Source: Candidatus Omnitrophota bacterium (lineage in GTDB: Bacteria; Omnitrophota; Gorgyraeia; Zapsychrales; Fredricksoniimonadaceae). From it: a stretch of DNA of 64,000 bases. A program made the translations under genes and the position numbers. The notes below the pieces were generated by a model. The model saw only the letters and a list, made by a program, of their open reading frames with translations. It did not search any database and was not told the DNA's origin. The first letter of the stretch is position 1. Each line of letters opens with the position of its first letter. The stretch covers positions 29,694 through 93,693 of the forward strand of contig JADFXX010000003.1 in assembly GCA_015233335.1 (NCBI GenBank), written 5' to 3'. This document shows positions 58,444 through 64,000 of the stretch, one piece after another.

Positions 58444-59195
58444 CGATCAGTTTCTCCTTTAAGTGTAGTCATAAGCTTATTGAAGAAAGTATCAATATCG
58501 CTTTCAACTTCTAGAATAATATTATACATATTTAATCCTATTTTTGAATGATTGACTACAACTATTTTACCCGGCACAAATTGAGGAAGACTGGCGGCCG
58601 GATATACCACACAGGAGGTGCCCAGCACAAAAAATAAATCAGCGTTTTGTGCCAATTCCAAAGATTGCGGGTAGTATTTGACATCTTCACCAAAAAAAAC
58701 AATGTCGGGCTTGATAATTCCACGGCAGGAGCAATGTGCTATCTGGTGGCGCAATACCATTGTTTTAAGATCGGAATAGTCATAAATTTTTCGGCATTTA
58801 AGACAATGGCTGGCTAGAAAATTACCATGCATATCCATCACATTTTTTGAACCTGCTTTTTGGTGCAACCCATCGATATTTTGAGTAATGACAGCTTTGA
58901 GGTGGCCTGAATTTTCAAGTGCAGCTAAAGCGTAATGGGTTGCAGTCGGCCTGATTTTGGCTTCAAGGGATATAAAATCATACGCAAATTCATAAAAAGG
59001 CTTAGGGTCTTTTAAGAAATAAGTGATATCAAATATTTTCTCGGGGTCATACAGACGACTGGTGTAAAGCCCCTGGGGCCCGCGAAAATCAGGAATGCCC
59101 GCATTGGTGGACACGCCGGCACCCGTTAAAACAACGGTATGACGGGAACGACGGATCAATTCAGCACATTGGGTTATTGGATCTTTGGGCATCAA
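58440..59195 (-). CDS. cobB: NAD-dependent protein deacylase (Sir2 family)
   Basis: 251 aa. GAGVSTNAGIPDFRGPQGLY, QNIDGLH, Zn ribbon CLKC…CSC, GTSCVVYPA. Confidence 0.85.
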   Translation of the reverse strand: MMPKDPITQCAELIRRSRHTVVLTGAGVSTNAGIPDFRGPQGLYTSRLYDPEKIFDITYFLKDPKPFYEFAYDFISLEAKIRPTATHYALAALENSGHLKAVITQNIDGLHQKAGSKNVMDMHGNFLASHCLKCRKIYDYSDLKTMVLRHQIAHCSCRGIIKPDIVFFGEDVKYYPQSLELAQNADLFFVLGTSCVVYPAASLPQFVPGKIVVVNHSKIGLNMYNIILEVESDIDTFFNKLMTTLKGETDR

Positions 59196-59214
59196 AAGAG
59201 AAACATAATCATCC

Positions 59215-59763
59215 TTATTGCGTTTTAATATGAGAAATAATTTCTTTGAACTTAGGATGGTCGGCAGATTTCAATAATTCACATATAGCCATTTCAGTGG
59301 TGGTAATAATGATCCCTTCGTCGCGCATGCGGGCTATGGCTAACTGATGGTCAAAGGCTTGACGCGACGAGACTGCATCAGCCACCAAATGCACCTGATA
59401 ACCGTGGCTTTGTAGATCCTGTACGGTCTGATAGATGCATACATGGGTTTCAATGCCTGTTATCAAAACCTGACGTCTGTGGATTTTTTGAAGTTCACAG
59501 ACATATTCGGGGCAAGCGTAACAGCTGAAGCTTCGTTTATGAATGGGTTTAAAGTTATGGGATAATAAGTTTCGTATGGATTCGACGCTCTCCCCTATTT
59601 TGTCAGGCGCCTGTTCAGTCCATAGGATAGGCAAGGCAAAAGCTTGTGAGGCTTTAATGATATGTTGGATACGAGTCAAAATCTTTCCATGCTCGTGCAC
59701 ATGAGCGGCAAGTCTTCCTTGCATATCAATAACAGTTAAGACCGTTTGGTCGGCATTTAACAT
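59215..59763 (-). CDS. Isochorismatase-family cysteine hydrolase (possible nicotinamidase-like)
   Basis: 182 aa. LTVIDMQ N-terminus and ITGIETHVCIYQT with the catalytic Cys context. Confidence 0.72.
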   Translation of the reverse strand: MLNADQTVLTVIDMQGRLAAHVHEHGKILTRIQHIIKASQAFALPILWTEQAPDKIGESVESIRNLLSHNFKPIHKRSFSCYACPEYVCELQKIHRRQVLITGIETHVCIYQTVQDLQSHGYQVHLVADAVSSRQAFDHQLAIARMRDEGIIITTTEMAICELLKSADHPKFKEIISHIKTQ

Positions 59764-59773
59764 AAATGAACAA

Positions 59774-60538
59774 TTAACTTTTTAATTCAATGCCCACAGG
59801 GCAATGATCTGAACCCATCACTTCTTTTAATATAAAGGCATTTATGAGTTTGGGCAATAAATTTTCCGTGACAAAGAAATAGTCAATACGCCAGCCGACA
59901 TCCCGGGCACGGGCAGCAGTATAATAATCCCACCAGGTATAGTGCCCCCCTTCTTTTGTAAAGTGACGGAAAGTGTCCACATACCCGCATCGGATAAATT
60001 TACTGACCCATTCCCTTTCTTCAGGAAGAAATCCGGTATTCTTAACATTTTCTTTAGGGCGCGCCAGATCAATTTCAGTATGGGCTGTATTAACATCTCC
60101 GGTAACAATTATTTTTCTGCCTAATTTACGTAATTTTTCGGCCTTTTCCAAAAAGGCATCATAAAATCTCATTTTAAAAGGGACCCTTTTATTGCCTGCT
60201 CCTCCGTTAGGATAATAAATATTAAATAAAACGAAATCCTTATAATCCGCCATGAGCGTGCGTCCCTCGGAATCAAATTCTTTGATACCTAAGCCTTCGT
60301 TTAAAGACCTAGGTTTAATTTTGCTATAAATACACACACCGCTATAACCCTTTTTTTCGGCCGAGGCCCAGTAAGAATGATAGCCTGCAGGTTTAATTAA
60401 ATTTTCGGTTAATTGCTGCGGATGGGCTTTGGTCTCTTGCAGGCAAATGATATCCGGGGATTCTTTGAAAAGCCATTCCAAAAACCCCTTTTTTTCAATG
60501 GCACGTATGCCGTTGACATTCCATGATAATATTTTCAT
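59774..60538 (-). CDS. xth: Exodeoxyribonuclease III
   Basis: MKILSWNVNGIRA start (ATG 60538, which avoids overlap with the upstream gene). ICLQETK, GDVNTAH, SDHCPV. Confidence 0.92.
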   Translation of the reverse strand: MKILSWNVNGIRAIEKKGFLEWLFKESPDIICLQETKAHPQQLTENLIKPAGYHSYWASAEKKGYSGVCIYSKIKPRSLNEGLGIKEFDSEGRTLMADYKDFVLFNIYYPNGGAGNKRVPFKMRFYDAFLEKAEKLRKLGRKIIVTGDVNTAHTEIDLARPKENVKNTGFLPEEREWVSKFIRCGYVDTFRHFTKEGGHYTWWDYYTAARARDVGWRIDYFFVTENLLPKLINAFILKEVMGSDHCPVGIELKS

Positions 60539-60540
60539 AG

Positions 60541-61602
60541 TTAATATATTTTTACCGGTACTCGTTGGGCTTGCCAATGACCCGGAGTTTTATCAAAAAC
60601 GCCCGCAACACGGTATCCACAAAATTTACATTCATTATCCCGCAAATTATACTCACCTAAAACAAACCAATCACGCTCAATCAATAATTTCTTACAAGAT
60701 GGGCAATAGGTGCTTGAGCCGGCTGCATCATGCACGTTACCAGTATAAACATAATGAAGACCCTGAGCCAATGCAATAGCACGGGCTTCTTGCAGGGTTT
60801 TCATAGGGGTATGAGAACAATCCAGCATTTTATAATCCGGATGAAAGGCTGTAAAATGTACAGGCACGTCATTGCCTAGATGGTCAGCAATCCATTGGCA
60901 CATATCTTTTGTTTCCCGGTAAGCGTCATTAACGCCCGGGATCATCAAATTAGTAATTTCAAACCATACCTTAGTTTTATTTTTTAAATATTCCAGGGTA
61001 TCTAAAACGGGCTGTAAATGACCTAAAGAAACTTTACTGTAAAAGTCTTCCGTGAAAGCTTTAAGATCCACATTCGCGGCATCCATATGATCATAGAATT
61101 CTCCCCTAGCCTGAGGGGTTATGTAACCTGCGGTAACAGCAATGGTCTTAATCCCTAATTTGTGGCATTCGATGGCTGTGTCTATGGCATATTCTGCAAA
61201 TATCACCGGATCATTGTATGTAAAGGCTATGCTCTTGACATTCAATCGGTGTGCGGTTTGAGCAATAGCTTGTGGACTTGCCTGATCATTTAAGCGTTCA
61301 ATTTCTTTAGATTTACTAATATCCCAATTTTGACAAAATTTACAGCCTAGATTGCATCCGGCAGTGCCAAAGGATAACGTTGGTGTACCCGGAAGAAAAT
61401 GGTTAAGTGGTTTTTTTTCGACCGGATCAAGGCAGAATCCGCTGGAGCGGCCGTAGGTGGTCAGTATTAATTGGTTATTGATATTTTGCCGGACAAAACA
61501 GAATCCCCTCTGGCCTTCGCTGAGAGTGCAATAGCGTGGGCAAAGATGGCATTGCAGTCTGCCATCTTCGGTTTTGTTCCAATAACGCCCCAAGGTAGGC
61601 AT
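60541..61602 (-). CDS. AmmeMemoRadiSam system radical SAM enzyme
   Basis: 353 aa. N-terminal CHLCPRYCTLSEGQRGFCFVRQN, radical SAM GCNLGCKFCQNWDIS, and C-terminal Cys cluster CPSCKK…CKFCG. Confidence 0.8.
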   Translation of the reverse strand: MPTLGRYWNKTEDGRLQCHLCPRYCTLSEGQRGFCFVRQNINNQLILTTYGRSSGFCLDPVEKKPLNHFLPGTPTLSFGTAGCNLGCKFCQNWDISKSKEIERLNDQASPQAIAQTAHRLNVKSIAFTYNDPVIFAEYAIDTAIECHKLGIKTIAVTAGYITPQARGEFYDHMDAANVDLKAFTEDFYSKVSLGHLQPVLDTLEYLKNKTKVWFEITNLMIPGVNDAYRETKDMCQWIADHLGNDVPVHFTAFHPDYKMLDCSHTPMKTLQEARAIALAQGLHYVYTGNVHDAAGSSTYCPSCKKLLIERDWFVLGEYNLRDNECKFCGYRVAGVFDKTPGHWQAQRVPVKIY

Positions 61603-61607
61603 AAAAT

Positions 61608-62216
61608 TTAGGATATGTTCTTAAACTTTTCCGGTGATATGATGCCGATGGAAACAACCATTTTGAGCGCTTCTTCAACTGTCCAGCCGCAATCTAGAAT
61701 TTGGGAAGGCTTAACAATAAAAACAATTCCTGTTAATGGATGTGGGGCTGAAGGTACAAATACGCGTAACAATTCTTCACCATTTTGGTCTTTTATGTTA
61801 CCTGTTATAAAACCTAACATCCATCCGTTATCGTTAAATGTCTTGACTAGAACAGCTTTTTTAAAAGCTTGTTTTTGGGAACCAGCGTCAGAAAGGGTGT
61901 CAGAGAGCTGTTTGCCGATCCCATATATAAAATTGATGATAGGAATTCGTTCTGCGACAGAATGAATGAATTTAAGGATCTGACGGCCTAAAACATTGCT
62001 AAATATTAAACCGATAAAATATAAGCTAAGCAGAAGCAATAAGATGCCTAAACCGGGAATTTGATGTTTATCAATGAACGTGGGAAGGTGTTCGAGTATT
62101 TGTTTGTCAATAAATTTACGTAAAAACCATATCGCAATAAAACACAAAAAGAGCGGGATCACAGCAAGAAGGCCGCGCAGGATGTATCTTCCTAAATGGA
62201 TAAATATTTTTTTCAT
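61608..62216 (-). CDS. DUF502 family membrane protein
   Basis: 202 aa. Two or three N-terminal TM helices, RIPIINFIYGIGKQ, VFVPSAPHPLTGIVFIV, VEEALKMVVSIG. Confidence 0.75.
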   Translation of the reverse strand: MKKIFIHLGRYILRGLLAVIPLFLCFIAIWFLRKFIDKQILEHLPTFIDKHQIPGLGILLLLLSLYFIGLIFSNVLGRQILKFIHSVAERIPIINFIYGIGKQLSDTLSDAGSQKQAFKKAVLVKTFNDNGWMLGFITGNIKDQNGEELLRVFVPSAPHPLTGIVFIVKPSQILDCGWTVEEALKMVVSIGIISPEKFKNIS

Positions 62217-62343
62217 AAGTGAGTTATATTAACATAAAATCATCTTCTTTCCATTAAAAATGCATTAATGGCCTGTTTATTTTATCCGCAATGTCAGTAA
62301 AATCACATTGACTTTAAACTTGCCTAGGATAAGATAACTTCAT

Positions 62344-64000
62344 ATGAAACGTAAGCCTATTACACCTAATTTTAATACCCCGCCTGAAAAGTTTTCTAAA
62401 GAAGAACTTAATAAGCTTGCTGCGGGTTCTATTGCCGGGAATGTCCGTGCCGATTTTGCTGATTTAAGCCGCGATGATACCAGCTGGGAATGCGAACAAT
62501 TGGCTAAATCTCACGGTGTTTATCTTGAATTTAACCGTGATAAAGAAGCTATCGGTGTAAAAGAGTGGATTTATATGCTGCGCATCAGCATACCCGGCGG
62601 AGGCCCATTGACGCGCCAGCAATATAATCTCGTCGATGATTTGGCCGAAAAATATACCAAGGATCCTGACGGCCATCCCTCCATTCGCCTGACTAACCGA
62701 CAGAACATTCAATTTCATTGGGTTAAAAAACACAATGTACCTATTTTGATCAAATCTTTAGCTGAATCAGGACTTAATACGCTTAACGGCTGCGGGGATA
62801 ATACACGTAATGTTATGGGCTGTCCGATAGATCGTTTTTCTGATGTGATCAATACCAACGCCCTGTCCCAAAAATGCGGGGCCTATTTTCAATTGCCAGT
62901 GGAACCTTTTATTTCAGTTTGGCAAATCGATCCTCATAAAATCCGCAAACCCACAGAATCGTTTAAGTACGGCAAGAATTTGCTTAATCGCAAATTCAAG
63001 ATCGGTTTTGCTTCTGTTCATAAGGATATCAACGGTCATTTGGTTCCTGATAACTGTGCGGAAGTTTTAAGCGATGATCTGGGAGTGGTCCCTGTTATCA
63101 AAAATGATAAAATAGTTAAATTTCAGATTTATGTCGGCGGAGGGCAAGGGGAGCGTAACGGCAAGCCTTCCATGGCCTGTTTCGGCCAACCCTTAGCCCA
63201 AGTGGATGAAAATAATTTGTTTCAAGTGCTTGACGCGATCATTCGTGTTCATCAGCATTGGGGTGACCGTGAGAATCGTATTTGGGCTCGGGTCAAATTT
63301 GTAATTAAAAAGATGGGCGTTGCATGGTATCGAGAAGAGGTTGAGAAAATCCTTGGGGTCAAATTAGATTTGCCCGATCCTTATCTGGACCCCGGGGCAC
63401 GTCATTTGCATCATGGGTGGATCAAACAGCCGGTTGATCATTTATGGGCCTTTGGCCTGTTTATTGAAAATGGCCGTATTATAGACAGTTCCCCCAATGG
63501 GCGGTTAAAATCCCTATGCAAACATTTGATGAATTCTTATCCTGTTGATTTTTTAATCACTCCTAATCAGGATGCTTTGTTTGTCAATTTGCCTGAATCT
63601 ATGAAAGCTCTGTTTGAAGCTGATCTTAAAAAATTCGGATTTGGAGAGCGCAATGGCAAGGGTTATTCTAACCTCAGGCTGCATTCCGGAGCTTGTGTAG
63701 GCCGTAATACATGTCGTTTGGCGTATACTGATTCGGAAAAATTTGAACCCCTTTTAATTGATCAGTTAGAGTCCATGGGCTGGGGGGATTTAAAAGAGTC
63801 TATAGGGATAACCGGCTGTGAACGTCAATGTTTCCGGCCTGCCACCAAGACCTTTGGTTTGATTGGTTCCGGTTTTAATCGTTATCAGTTAAAATTAATG
63901 GGCAGCGAAGATGCGCGTCATCAGGGCTTGCCTATACTATCAGCTGATGGGGACAATATTTATCTCAAGTCAATCCCCCGCGAACGTGTGGCTCAAGTTA
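62344..64000 (+). CDS. Ferredoxin-type sulfite/nitrite reductase hemoprotein (NirA/Sir family); 3' end beyond the window
   Basis: Not in ORF track because it is open at the window edge. Own translation from ATG 62344: MKRKPITPNFNTPPEKFSKEELNKL…IRLTNRQNIQFHWV…GLNTLNGCGDNTRNVMGCP…, then the siroheme/4Fe-4S ligand pattern C-x5-C (SGACVGRNTC) and C-x3-C (TGCERQC) about 35 aa apart. Confidence 0.8.
   Translation, partial: MKRKPITPNFNTPPEKFSKEELNKLAAGSIAGNVRADFADLSRDDTSWECEQLAKSHGVYLEFNRDKEAIGVKEWIYMLRISIPGGGPLTRQQYNLVDDLAEKYTKDPDGHPSIRLTNRQNIQFHWVKKHNVPILIKSLAESGLNTLNGCGDNTRNVMGCPIDRFSDVINTNALSQKCGAYFQLPVEPFISVWQIDPHKIRKPTESFKYGKNLLNRKFKIGFASVHKDINGHLVPDNCAEVLSDDLGVVPVIKNDKIVKFQIYVGGGQGERNGKPSMACFGQPLAQVDENNLFQVLDAIIRVHQHWGDRENRIWARVKFVIKKMGVAWYREEVEKILGVKLDLPDPYLDPGARHLHHGWIKQPVDHLWAFGLFIENGRIIDSSPNGRLKSLCKHLMNSYPVDFLITPNQDALFVNLPESMKALFEADLKKFGFGERNGKGYSNLRLHSGACVGRNTCRLAYTDSEKFEPLLIDQLESMGWGDLKESIGITGCERQCFRPATKTFGLIGSGFNRYQLKLMGSEDARHQGLPILSADGDNIYLKSIPRERVAQV

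Noticed and set aside
58440-59195. Sir2-domain protein considered as a possible antiphage effector (Thoeris/DSR-like).
   Set aside because: The size (251 aa), intact Zn-ribbon cysteines and canonical deacylase motifs fit housekeeping CobB. There are no partner genes such as TIR, HerA, pAgo or SLOG.
62464-62733. An 89-aa minus-strand ORF in the ORF track.
   Set aside because: It lies antisense inside the plus-strand sulfite/nitrite reductase gene, which has strong motif support.

Overview
This is a 64-kb window from a moderately AT-rich diderm bacterium. Kdo/LPS synthesis, Lpt transport, OmpA-like and beta-barrel proteins are all present. It is probably an uncultivated lineage, and I cannot name it from sequence alone.

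I count about 73 protein-coding genes, tightly packed with many 1-4 nt overlaps. All but three are on the minus strand. The exceptions are rpoN, a small CDGSH protein and a partial sulfite/nitrite reductase.

Content is mostly housekeeping:
- EPS export cluster: Wza, Wzz and an ExeA-like ATPase, next to rpoN.
- Tetrapyrrole genes: hemL, hemB, hemC-hemD.
- nadA and an ECF sigma/anti-sigma pair.
- miaB, then rnhB-rplS-trmD-tgt-queA.
- ruvB-scpA-trpS-infB-nusA-rimP-proS.
- rseP-dxr-cdsA-uppS.
- purA, serA, clpP-tig.
- lptB-lptA-kdsCDAB-hldA.
- sdhCAB, cobB, xth and an AmmeMemoRadiSam radical SAM gene.

The only clearly accessory stretch is about 16.7-22.4 kb. It holds a HigB/HigA module, an AlkD-like gene, a GIY-YIG gene, a macro domain gene, TPR genes and a TMTC-like membrane protein.

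I found no CRISPR array, rRNA, tRNA, transposase or integrase. I could not support a large novel multi-gene system.

The most unusual signals I can support:
1. The miaB 5' end occurs three times and brackets two accessory cassettes. This looks like a serial-insertion scar.
2. A near-consensus sigma-54 promoter sits ahead of the EPS operon, back-to-back with rpoN.
3. Several core proteins are domain-reduced or fused: HemC lacks domain 3 and is fused to HemD, trigger factor lacks its PPIase domain, ProRS lacks the INS editing domain, and LptC and LptA appear fused.
4. An orphan CpaF-type ATPase is embedded in a housekeeping operon.

Hand-counted coordinates for non-ORF features may be off by 1-2 nt.
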